A DNA stretch of 64,000 nucleotides from an uncultured Pseudomonadales bacterium (lineage in GTDB: Bacteria > Pseudomonadota > Gammaproteobacteria > Pseudomonadales > UBA7434), in the NCBI GenBank assembly GCA_905478995.1, contig CAJQKT010000086.1, positions 3,284 to 67,283 on the forward strand, in the 5' to 3' direction. Shown here piece by piece: positions 51,235 through 60,435 of this stretch. Position 1 is the first letter of the stretch, and each line of letters opens with the position of its first letter. A program made the translations under genes and the position numbers. The notes beneath the pieces are model-generated. The model made no database searches and was not told where the DNA came from. It was given only the letters and a program-made list of their open reading frames with translations.

Positions 51235-53285
51235 TGGGTAATTGGTTACTGAATTTGCGGGGCTGGATTGACGAGCGCTTGCCAATCATGCGTGCGTGGA
51301 ATACGCACATGGGTGCCTACTATGCACCTAAGAACTTTAATTTCTGGTATTTCTTTGGCGTACTGTCTTTGGTGGTTTTGGTCAACCAGCTGATTACCGG
51401 TATATGGCTCACCATGAATTACGTGCCAAGCCAGGCTGAGGCCTTTGCCTCGGTTGAATACATTATGCGCGATGTCGATTACGGTTGGATTCTGCGCTAC
51501 ATGCATTCTACCGGCTCTTCAGCGTTTTTTATTGTGATCTATCTGCATATGTATCGAGCCCTGATATACGGTTCATATAAAAAGCCACGTGAGTTGATTT
51601 GGATCTTCGGCATGATGATCTTCATTGTCTTAATGGCCGAGGCTTTCATGGGCTACGTGCTGCCCTGGGGTCAAATGTCTTATTGGGGTGCGCAGGTTAT
51701 TATTTCTTTGTTTGGTGCGATCCCGGTAATCGGCGACGCGCTAGTGGAGTGGTTTCGCGGTGATTACCTAATTTCTGGGATCACACTTAATCGCTTTTTT
51801 GCGCTTCACGTGGTGGCCCTGCCCATTGTTTTGCTAGGGCTGGTGGTCATGCATCTGCTGGCACTCCACGAAGTGGGTTCAAATAACCCTGATGGCGTTG
51901 ATATCAAGAAGCATAAAGATGAAAACGGCGTGCCTTTGGATGGCATTGCGTTTCATCCTTATTACACGGTGCACGACTTGCAAGCGATTGCCGTGTTCTT
52001 GTTTGCCTTTTGTTTTGTGATGTTCTTTATGCCGGAGGCGGGTGGCTTGTTTTTAGAAGCCCCCAACTTTGAAATTGCCAATCCTCTAAAGACACCTGAG
52101 CATATCGCACCGGTCTGGTACTTTACGCCGTACTATTCTGTACTGCGGGCTATTCCGGATAAGTTCTGGGGTTTCGTATTTTTTGCAGCCTCAGTAGCCA
52201 TCCCGTTTTTGCTGCCTTGGTTAGATCGCAGCCCGGTTAAATCCATTCGTTATCGTGGTCGTGCGAGTAAGGTGGCGCTGGTTGCCTTTATTTCCTCATT
52301 CATTATTTTGGGTGTTCTGGGTGTTTGGGCCCCCACGCCAGGCAGAACGCTTTTGGCGCAAATCTGCACGGTGATCTATTTCGGTTTCTTCTTGGCGATG
52401 CCGTTCTATACATCGATGGAAAAAACCAAGCCGGTGCCCGATCGAGTGACCACTAGCGGGGGTATGGGTTTCTTTGGCTCGATGGCTGTGCTGGCTTTGA
52501 TTTTGGCACTATCAATTATTCCGCTCAAAGTGGTTGCGGCGGAGTCGGCTTTTGATTGCGGTGCCATTCCCTGTGCGGATATCGATATTGACCTGCAAGA
52601 CAATGACGCTATGCAGCGCGGTGCGGCTACGTTCGTTAACTATTGCATGGGCTGCCATTCGGCCCAATACATGCGGTGGGGGAGGCTAGCTACGGACCTC
52701 GGTATACCCGAGGGGCTGGCAAGCGAACATTTGGTTTTGGGTCGCGATACTAAAATTGGGCAGCTGATGAAGATCTCAATGCCTGAAAGTTACGCCAAAA
52801 AGGTATTTGGTGCAGCGCCGCCAGATTTAACGCTAGCTGCGCGCTCGCGTTCGCCCGAGTGGCTCTATACCTACCTCACCTCTTTTTACATCGATGAATC
52901 AAGACCTTACGGAGTTAACAACTTGGTCTTCAAAGATGTGGGAATGCCGCATGTGCTGTTGGGTTTGCAGGGCGAGCAGCTCTGCAGACCGCCGATAGCG
53001 CTGGCGGCAAATGGTGGCGTAAAACGTGATGGTGCTGGAAACCCATTGGAGGATGCCAGTCACGGTGATTGTGGCCGAGTAGTGCCTGGCTCGGTAGTTG
53101 GCAGCTTGTCTGCCGAAGAATACAATAATGAGATTCAAAACTTGGTCACCTTTATGACCTACATGGCTGAGCCAGCAGCGGTTAAGCGAGAGCGCATCGG
53201 CGTTTACGTATTGCTGTTTATCGCAGTCTTTTTCTTTTTAGCTTACTTGCTCAATAGAGAATATTGGAAGGATGTCGATCATTAA
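51234..53285 (+). CDS. Fused cytochrome b / cytochrome c1 (PetB-PetC)
   Basis: N-terminal cytochrome b (RYMHS, LHM, PWGQMSYWG, PVWYF) continues in frame, with no stop, into cytochrome c1 (CMGCH, PPDL, MPHVL, C-terminal TM and EYWKDV). Confidence 0.95.
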   Translation: MGNWLLNLRGWIDERLPIMRAWNTHMGAYYAPKNFNFWYFFGVLSLVVLVNQLITGIWLTMNYVPSQAEAFASVEYIMRDVDYGWILRYMHSTGSSAFFIVIYLHMYRALIYGSYKKPRELIWIFGMMIFIVLMAEAFMGYVLPWGQMSYWGAQVIISLFGAIPVIGDALVEWFRGDYLISGITLNRFFALHVVALPIVLLGLVVMHLLALHEVGSNNPDGVDIKKHKDENGVPLDGIAFHPYYTVHDLQAIAVFLFAFCFVMFFMPEAGGLFLEAPNFEIANPLKTPEHIAPVWYFTPYYSVLRAIPDKFWGFVFFAASVAIPFLLPWLDRSPVKSIRYRGRASKVALVAFISSFIILGVLGVWAPTPGRTLLAQICTVIYFGFFLAMPFYTSMEKTKPVPDRVTTSGGMGFFGSMAVLALILALSIIPLKVVAAESAFDCGAIPCADIDIDLQDNDAMQRGAATFVNYCMGCHSAQYMRWGRLATDLGIPEGLASEHLVLGRDTKIGQLMKISMPESYAKKVFGAAPPDLTLAARSRSPEWLYTYLTSFYIDESRPYGVNNLVFKDVGMPHVLLGLQGEQLCRPPIALAANGGVKRDGAGNPLEDASHGDCGRVVPGSVVGSLSAEEYNNEIQNLVTFMTYMAEPAAVKRERIGVYVLLFIAVFFFLAYLLNREYWKDVDH

Positions 53286-53319
53286 TACTACTACTCAAGA
53301 AAATGACCCGCTAGATGCG

Positions 53320-53946
53320 ATGGCTCGTCGTTCAACGATGACGCTGATGTCCGATCCTGTCAGTCACTACAGCCATAGAGTGCGTATTGTTCTCGCTGAG
53401 AAAGGTGTGACTTGTAATATTGTCGACACTGACAGTAAAGCACTGCCCAAAGACCTGGTTGAGGTTAACCCCTACGGCACGCTGCCCACGCTGCTCGATC
53501 GCGATCTGGTGCTTTATGAATCGAAAGTTATTATGGAGTATCTTGATGAGCGTTTCCCGCATCCGCCTTTACTCCCTGTCTATCCCGTGGCGCGTGGCGA
53601 AAGCCGCCTTTATATTTATCGAATAGAGCGCGACTGGTGCTCTATTGTCGATAGCATTGAAAGTGGTCGCGTCAAAAATCTTGATAAATATACGAAGGAG
53701 TTGGCCGACGGTTTTACTGGCATTGCGCCAATCTTCTCTGAAAAGCCTTTTTTTATGAGCGACGAGTTCACCTTGGTTGACTGTTGTTTGGGCCCGATTT
53801 TGTGGCGCCTAGACCATTTGGGTGTGAAGTTGCCAGCTACCAAGCAGGTCAAACCCCTGTTAGAGTACATGAAGCGCATATTTGACATGCCTTCATTTCA
53901 GGAAAGCCTGACTGATCAAGAATTAGAAATGCGCGTCCACAAATAG
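53320..53946 (+). CDS. sspA: Stringent starvation protein A
   Basis: SHRVRIVLAEKG, NPYG, EYLDERFPHPPLLPVYPV; alternative start at 53272. Confidence 0.96.
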   Translation: MARRSTMTLMSDPVSHYSHRVRIVLAEKGVTCNIVDTDSKALPKDLVEVNPYGTLPTLLDRDLVLYESKVIMEYLDERFPHPPLLPVYPVARGESRLYIYRIERDWCSIVDSIESGRVKNLDKYTKELADGFTGIAPIFSEKPFFMSDEFTLVDCCLGPILWRLDHLGVKLPATKQVKPLLEYMKRIFDMPSFQESLTDQELEMRVHK

Positions 53947-54022
53947 TACGTGCCGGGCTTAATACCGAAGCAGTAGAGCGTTTAAGCCCGAATGCAGTCA
54001 TGCAGAAAACCAGGTTGGTCAT

Positions 54023-54460
54023 ATGAGTGATATCAAAAAGCCGGCCATGTCGTCGAGCAAGCCCTATCTAATCAACGCCTTGTATCAGTGGATTGTCGAT
54101 AATAAATGCACGCCCTATGTGCTGGTTGATGCCTACCGACCCGGTGTTGAGGTGCCTCAGGACTTTGTTAAAGAAGGGCAGATCGTACTTAACGTCGCGC
54201 CCCAAGCGGTTATGCAGCTGAGTATCGATAATCAAGGTATACGCTTTAACGCTCGTTTTTCAGGTATCCCGATGGATGTCTATGCGCCATTGGGCGCGAT
54301 CCTGGGGATTTATGCCAAGGAAAATGGCCAGGGTATGATGTTCGACGCGGGTCAAGACCCGTCGCCAAGTGATGAGCCGCCTCGTGGGCCTAAACTGGTA
54401 TCGAGCCATCAAAAAGAAGGTGCCAGCGAGCAAAAGCCAAGTCTACATATCGTTAAGTGA
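54023..54460 (+). CDS. sspB: ClpXP adaptor SspB
   Basis: KPYLINALYQWIVDN, FNARFSG, IYAKENGQG, C-terminal PSLHIVK. Confidence 0.96.
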   Translation: MSDIKKPAMSSSKPYLINALYQWIVDNKCTPYVLVDAYRPGVEVPQDFVKEGQIVLNVAPQAVMQLSIDNQGIRFNARFSGIPMDVYAPLGAILGIYAKENGQGMMFDAGQDPSPSDEPPRGPKLVSSHQKEGASEQKPSLHIVK

Positions 54461-54487
54461 TAGAGCGCTAGCCTTTGAGAAAAACGC

Positions 54488-55123
54488 TTAATCGATATAT
54501 TCAAACACCCGCACTATTTTTTGTAGGCCGTAAGTATTTTTCGCGGCATCGACAATAGCATCGGCTTCTTGATGATTGACCAAACCTAAAAGATAGATCA
54601 CGCCATCATTTGCAACCACTTTGATACGGCTGCTTTCGATATTTTTGTCAAACAAAAATCGTGTGCGCAGCTTCGTAGCTAACCAAGAGTCGTTCATTTT
54701 GGCGCCTACTGAACGCGGTGGTGAAACATTGAGTTCATTGTGCACTCGTCTCACTTTGCGAATTTTTTGAACGGTGGCAGTAGCACTTTCGCGCAATTCC
54801 CCAACCGGAACATTACCTGATAATAAAACCACACCGTTGTAGCTGGTGATATTAACTTGTGATTGTTTGAAGCGGGTATCAAGCTTTTTTAAGTTTACGC
54901 TCGATTTCGTTTCGATAAAACTGTCGTCCACTAGGGCGCCTGGCGTGCGTTTACCGTAGTCTTCGCTAATTGGGCTTTGCCGCGTGGCAGAGATCATTGT
55001 GCTACAACTCGACAGTAGCAGCATGGCGGCGATTAAAAGCGGCAATGTTTTAACTGATGCTAACGTTGTACGACTGTATGCGCGGAACGTTGAAAGCATG
55101 TTGAGGATGTTTATGTTTAGCAT
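54488..55123 (-). CDS. dolP: Dual-BON lipoprotein DolP/YraP
   Basis: Lipobox LSSC, NGVVLLSG, VHNEL, DSW, VRVFEY. Confidence 0.9.
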   Translation of the reverse strand: MLNINILNMLSTFRAYSRTTLASVKTLPLLIAAMLLLSSCSTMISATRQSPISEDYGKRTPGALVDDSFIETKSSVNLKKLDTRFKQSQVNITSYNGVVLLSGNVPVGELRESATATVQKIRKVRRVHNELNVSPPRSVGAKMNDSWLATKLRTRFLFDKNIESSRIKVVANDGVIYLLGLVNHQEADAIVDAAKNTYGLQKIVRVFEYID

Positions 55124-55172
55124 CGCAGTTACCTAGGTGGTTGGTCATGGCATGATTGAGTTGCAGTGTCGT

Positions 55173-55802
55173 TTATTCGGGGGGTTGATAGCCACCAAAA
55201 ACGCTGGATTCAATCATATCGCCAAGTGTATTTAAAATAAATAAGGTAGTCTCGTGTATGCCGGCTATAGTATCGCATTCTAACGATAATTGTATTGTGT
55301 GACTATTGGAGCGGTTGGCGAATTCAGTGCTGTCTGGTGCTATCATTACGCTGGTTACGCCACGGCCGACATATAGCTGTTCGAGCGCTCCCAAAATACC
55401 AGGTAGGCGTTGGTCGGCCAGAACAATCAGCGTATCGCCACTGTTGGCTATGGCTTCAACCGCACGAAAAAAAGTGCGGAAATCGGCTTTCTGACTATTT
55501 GCAACAGGTTCCCGATCGGTTGTCGATTCGTCATAGGCAATGATGCCGCTCAGGGCGATTGCGGGCAGTGCTGGACGCTGATCCGGGTAGCGATGTAACA
55601 AGTTGTAACAGAGCAAATCGCCCAATGGTGCAATTCCTGGAGTGCCTAGCACCAATAATTTGTGCCCAGCCACCAACTGTTCACTAATGTGTGCAGCGGT
55701 ATCTTCCATTTTCTCTAGTATTTCGTCCGATAAGCCGCCCAAATGTTGCATGGCTTCGGCAATGTGTTGAGCAATGTACGGGTGCTGTTGGTTAATGCTC
55801 AT
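55173..55802 (-). CDS. Degenerate SIS-domain protein (GmhA/DiaA position)
   Basis: GHKLL, RPALPAIAL, GDTLIV and IHET match the GmhA/DiaA scaffold; lies between yraN and dolP; catalytic motifs eroded. Confidence 0.75.
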   Translation of the reverse strand: MSINQQHPYIAQHIAEAMQHLGGLSDEILEKMEDTAAHISEQLVAGHKLLVLGTPGIAPLGDLLCYNLLHRYPDQRPALPAIALSGIIAYDESTTDREPVANSQKADFRTFFRAVEAIANSGDTLIVLADQRLPGILGALEQLYVGRGVTSVMIAPDSTEFANRSNSHTIQLSLECDTIAGIHETTLFILNTLGDMIESSVFGGYQPPE

Positions 55803-55840
55803 AGGGGCAAGCTCATAGGGACAGGGCGTCGGGTAAAAGG

Positions 55841-56263
55841 TTATTCAGGCGGCAAAAAGGCATCGCGTATCCAATTGATTTGATAGTTGTGGTGAATATT
55901 ATTAAAGGCGCTTTTATTCGCATCGCGTGTGAACTCGTGGCTAGAAACATCAACCACATCGAAGCGACAGGCCGACTGAACATGGTAACGTTGAACATAA
56001 AGGCTAGCCGTTTGCGCTAGTTTACGCTGTTTAGCTAAGGTTACACTAGCGGCGCCGCCACCAAAAGTGTCTTGTTTGCGAAAACGCACTTCCACAAAAA
56101 CTAAAGTTTTACCCTCAAGCATAATGAGGTCTATTTCACCGAGTTTACAGCGGTAATTGGCAGTGACTTTTTTTAAGCCTTCCTTGATAAGAAAACTCAA
56201 CACAACTTTTTCAATTTCTGCGCCTGTCTCGGCGGTCGTTTTAACGTGGGCTTCATGCCGCAT
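55841..56263 (-). CDS. yraN: YraN family protein
   Basis: GEIDLIM, LVFVEVRFR, CRFDV, WIRDAF. Confidence 0.93.
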   Translation of the reverse strand: MRHEAHVKTTAETGAEIEKVVLSFLIKEGLKKVTANYRCKLGEIDLIMLEGKTLVFVEVRFRKQDTFGGGAASVTLAKQRKLAQTASLYVQRYHVQSACRFDVVDVSSHEFTRDANKSAFNNIHHNYQINWIRDAFLPPE

Positions 56264-56304
56264 ATAACATCCTTTTTTTTTCTATAATTTTTCGCCAACA
56301 AGCG

Positions 56305-58320
56305 TTAATTTATAAGACTATTGACACTCAGTGGCACGGCTTTGCCGTTTTGAAATTTTGCCAGTGGCAGTTGCCTGACGATGCGATGATCGACAATCGA
56401 TAGCTTGCCAGTATTCGCGGGTATTTGGCTGCTAGGATTACTCGACAGTTGATTTAAGCGCCCATGCAAATAATAAGCATCAACGCCCATGGCAAATAAT
56501 CGGTTAAGGCTCTTGTTCTCGCGATAAATGGTAGGTAACGGCTGATAGTTTTCACTGCTATTGAGTACCCACGGTATCTCACTAAAAATCAAGCCATTGA
56601 GATCGCGATTACTGCTCCCGGCAACACCGCCATCAAATACTTGCGAGCTGCTTAATACCGGCAATTGACCGGCGTAATGATAAGCAAGCAGGGGTTTGAT
56701 CGCTTTAGCTTGCTGGCTATTAGCGAACAGCACAATGCAGTCTATGTCTTGTCTTCGACGCGGCATGAATTCGAGGCGCTGCCCCAGCACATTTTGGAGG
56801 CGGTTATGCCTAGCTTCGCTCTGGTTTAAGCCCAGGCTGTTGGCGATTTCACGAGAATAATTGCCATCGGTTGAGAGGGCTTGCCGACTTAAGCTGCCGC
56901 CGCCTTGTGCACGCCACTGCTGAGTAAATTCTTGTGCGGCGCGTTCGGCCCAGCCTTTATCAACATGCAAAAGCAAGATGTTTTTGTAGCGTTGTTGGTG
57001 GGCAAACGTGGCTAGCTGATGCGCTTCATCGTCGGCAGACAAGCCGAATTGCACAATGTTGAGCGGCGGAGGAAGGTCGTCTGCAATAACATTGAGTGTG
57101 AGGATAGGAATATCTGATGGCATAGTAAACAGCGCTTTGACATTGTCTTTGTGCAGCGGTCCAATAATTAAGTCGATGTCATCCTGCTGTGCGCGCGCAT
57201 AAAGCTCATCAATTGACTGGCTCGACGTGTCGTAAAATGTGAGCATGGGGGTGCTTTCATTGCGCGCTATAGCGGCAAAGTGTGCGGCGGCAACTCCATC
57301 ACGAATCGATTGGCTAGCTTTTGACAGCGGACCACTCAGCGGTAAGAAAACACCCACAGAGTTTGGTTGGGTTTTTGCAACGGTTTCAAATGCGCGCACT
57401 GATGGTGGCAACTGTTGGGCTGCTGCATGATTGGGCCAGCGAAGTTGCCACTGTTTAATTTGGGCGGCTTGTGTAGCCACATCGATTTCGATGTTTTGCT
57501 GTACGATGGCCAGCTCAAGCCAGGCCTTATAAGAGTTGTTTTTTGCGAGCTGATACTGTTGCCGCAATATTTCTGGATCCAACTGCAGAAGAGCCAACCA
57601 TATTTTATCGGCATTACTTTGTTGCAGTACGGGGTCGTCTATGAGGGCTTCTAAAAAAATACGCTCCATAGCACTGGCCGCATACTGGGCAAGTCCATAG
57701 AGCGTTTCAGAGCGCTCCAAACTCAAATCAATTTGGTCTTCAGCCGACATCATAGGCAGCTGGCTTTGAAAAATACTACTGTGCAGCCATCGGTAAGCGG
57801 ACTCAAACTGGCTGGTGTTATTCCAGTACTGGGTGGCGGCGAGCGAGAAGCGTGCGTATTCATTAATCGACATGGCGCTAGTGTCAGTTGTGTTCAATAT
57901 GCCCTGAGCAATTTCATCGCGTTGCTCGCGGCTTGCAGCATCGATCAGTTGTGTAGCCAATGAAGCCGAAACCAGGCCGTTGAGGTCATGCTCAAGGTTC
58001 GCTTGCAGCAGGAGGTCATCCAGAGCCTGTAGCCCTTTTGGTGGATGGCCCAGCTCACCATCACTATCAATAACTTCAGGGAATGAGGCTTGTCCGTCCG
58101 GGTAGGGCAAGTTACTGCTGCAGCTTGCTAACCAAAAAGTCAAAAAGCTAAATGTAAGCGACCGCCAATAGCTCACTTTTCCGCTGTGGATAGCAGGCCT
58201 AGCCGCATCAGGTACAATGGCGAGTAACTGCTTGCGCGGAGTGGCGTTTTGATCTGGCTGATCTGATGGATCTGAACAAGGCAATTTGTGGCCCTTCAAT
58301 AGTGAGAAGAAATAGCGCAT
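56305..58320 (-). CDS. lpoA: PBP1A activator lipoprotein LpoA (LppC family)
   Basis: LASC lipobox, WPNHAA, LPLSGPL, IGPL, PRRRQDID, RLFAMGVDAY; start uncertain. Confidence 0.9.
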   Translation of the reverse strand: MRYFFSLLKGHKLPCSDPSDQPDQNATPRKQLLAIVPDAARPAIHSGKVSYWRSLTFSFLTFWLASCSSNLPYPDGQASFPEVIDSDGELGHPPKGLQALDDLLLQANLEHDLNGLVSASLATQLIDAASREQRDEIAQGILNTTDTSAMSINEYARFSLAATQYWNNTSQFESAYRWLHSSIFQSQLPMMSAEDQIDLSLERSETLYGLAQYAASAMERIFLEALIDDPVLQQSNADKIWLALLQLDPEILRQQYQLAKNNSYKAWLELAIVQQNIEIDVATQAAQIKQWQLRWPNHAAAQQLPPSVRAFETVAKTQPNSVGVFLPLSGPLSKASQSIRDGVAAAHFAAIARNESTPMLTFYDTSSQSIDELYARAQQDDIDLIIGPLHKDNVKALFTMPSDIPILTLNVIADDLPPPLNIVQFGLSADDEAHQLATFAHQQRYKNILLLHVDKGWAERAAQEFTQQWRAQGGGSLSRQALSTDGNYSREIANSLGLNQSEARHNRLQNVLGQRLEFMPRRRQDIDCIVLFANSQQAKAIKPLLAYHYAGQLPVLSSSQVFDGGVAGSSNRDLNGLIFSEIPWVLNSSENYQPLPTIYRENKSLNRLFAMGVDAYYLHGRLNQLSSNPSSQIPANTGKLSIVDHRIVRQLPLAKFQNGKAVPLSVNSLIN

Positions 58321-58398
58321 TAACAGGTTTTCGCTATGCGCGGCAAAACGAGGCCTGCCATTGCTATGGCCCAATATCCAATCACAGGTTGAAAAACA

Positions 58399-59277
58399 TT
58401 GAGCAAAGTGACTATGGCTAACCGAACACTCGAAGCGGCATTATATGTTGTATCGACGCCAATCGGTAATCTGGCTGACATGACGCATAGGGCGGTGCAG
58501 GTTTTACAGGCGGCTGACTTGATTGCGGCTGAAGACACTCGCCACAGCGGCCAGCTCTTACAGCACTTCGATATTGGCACGCCTATGGCCGCTTATCACG
58601 ATCATAGTGATGCTATGGTGGCCGAACGATTACTTGAAAAAATAGAAGCGGGCCAAGCGGTGGCATTGATCAGCGATGCGGGGACACCGCTTATTGCCGA
58701 CCCTGGCTATAAATTGGTCAGTCAGGCTCGGGCGCGTAATATTCGTGTGGTGCCAGTGCCTGGGCCCAGTGCTTTGATCACTGCGCTGTCGGTGGCGGGT
58801 TTGCCTACTGATCGATTCATCTTTGAAGGTTTCTTACCCGCCAAGGCCGAGGGCCGGCGCAAGCAATTGGCTGGTTTGGCGCTGGAGCCTCGCACCTTGG
58901 TTTTTTATGAATCACCGCATCGCGTGCAAGACTCGTTAAAGGCGATGGTCGAGGTGTTTGGTATTGAGCGTAAAGCCGTTTTGGCACGGGAACTAACTAA
59001 GCGATTTGAAACCCTAATAGCTGATAGTTTGGGTAATTTACTTGAGCGAGTCGCAGCCGATCAAAATCAGCAGCGCGGTGAGATCGTGCTTGCCGTTGAG
59101 GGTTTGTCGCGCGAGCAACAGCAAGCAGATGAGCTACCTGAACTAGAAAAAATGCTGATAGTATTGCTGGCAGAATTATCGGTAAAACAGTCGGTAGCTT
59201 TGGCGGTTCGGCTGACTGGTGTCAATAAAAATACCGTGTATGAAATGGCGTTGCGGTTAAACAAAGCGGTGCCATAG
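58399..59277 (+). CDS. rsmI: 16S rRNA C1402 2'-O-methyltransferase
   Basis: TPIGNL, AEDTR, SDAGTP, FYESPHR, RELTK. Confidence 0.97.
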   Translation: MSKVTMANRTLEAALYVVSTPIGNLADMTHRAVQVLQAADLIAAEDTRHSGQLLQHFDIGTPMAAYHDHSDAMVAERLLEKIEAGQAVALISDAGTPLIADPGYKLVSQARARNIRVVPVPGPSALITALSVAGLPTDRFIFEGFLPAKAEGRRKQLAGLALEPRTLVFYESPHRVQDSLKAMVEVFGIERKAVLARELTKRFETLIADSLGNLLERVAADQNQQRGEIVLAVEGLSREQQQADELPELEKMLIVLLAELSVKQSVALAVRLTGVNKNTVYEMALRLNKAVP

Positions 59278-59330
59278 AGTGAGCGTTGAGAGGTCGAGTT
59301 AATCAAGTACCATTGCACGAGGATTTTAAT

Positions 59331-59810
59331 ATGAGCTGTATTAAACGCAGAGTTCAATCAATACGGATGCAAGCATCGTTGATTTTTAGTACTTCCGTGA
59401 AAAGATGCATGGGCATTGCCGTAGTGTTTTTTGTTGCCGGCTGCGCAAGCAGCGGCCAAATCAGTGGCGCTATAGCGGCCTATCAGGCTCAGGCTCCACG
59501 CATCGAGCTGGGTCAAAGTATGGAGCAGGTGTTGGATATTTTACTGCCCACTCAATCATCTGTTGCTATGCAATTTAGCAAGGCGCCTGAGGAGTACATC
59601 GACAATGGCAAGACCAAAAAGATTTATTTTTTTCGCTCACGGTCTTTTCCCGATGGTTTGGTGACTGATGACGAGTTTACCCCGTATGTGTTTGAAGACG
59701 GTGTGCTAGTAGCTATCGGCTGGACCGCGATTGGCGGGCCTAAAACACAGGCGCAAAGCCGCGATAACGATTACGACTACCATTTTCGTGGGCGAGTTTA
59801 CTATCACTAA
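59331..59810 (+). CDS. DUF3192-like lipoprotein
   Basis: VAGC lipobox; DGLVTDDEFTPYVFEDGVLVAIGW; GAGGA RBS before ATG 59331. Confidence 0.7.
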   Translation: MSCIKRRVQSIRMQASLIFSTSVKRCMGIAVVFFVAGCASSGQISGAIAAYQAQAPRIELGQSMEQVLDILLPTQSSVAMQFSKAPEEYIDNGKTKKIYFFRSRSFPDGLVTDDEFTPYVFEDGVLVAIGWTAIGGPKTQAQSRDNDYDYHFRGRVYYH

Positions 59811-59895
59811 ACTTGCCGTGATGGCATGCACGTTTATTTGCACTAATTCGTCGTGCAGTACTAGCTATCTGGGTGGGGCAGAGTAAACTGATCGC

Positions 59896-60265
<370 letters not shown>

Positions 60266-60274
60266 GTTTAATCT

Positions 60275-60312
60275 AAAATAGGAGATAACCTAGTGTTATC
60301 TCCTATTTTTTT
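60275..60312 (+). terminator. Rho-independent terminator after rnpB
   Basis: AAAATAGGAGATAAC-ctagt-GTTATCTCCTATTTTTTT. Confidence 0.9.
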
Positions 60313-60435
60313 GCCCAAAATTGGCTTTGCAGGCGCATTAAGTTTATGTAATCTGCGGGTGATACGCCAGCGGCCTTGGACCATCTTCAGGTAAACTAGG
60401 CTGTATTATCAGGCACCGGCGAATGGTTTAAGCGT

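Noticed and set aside
53954-53990. Inverted repeat CGGGCTTAA...TTAAGCCCG between sspA and sspB
   Set aside because: Single copy, large loop and no U-tract; probably an ordinary intercistronic stem
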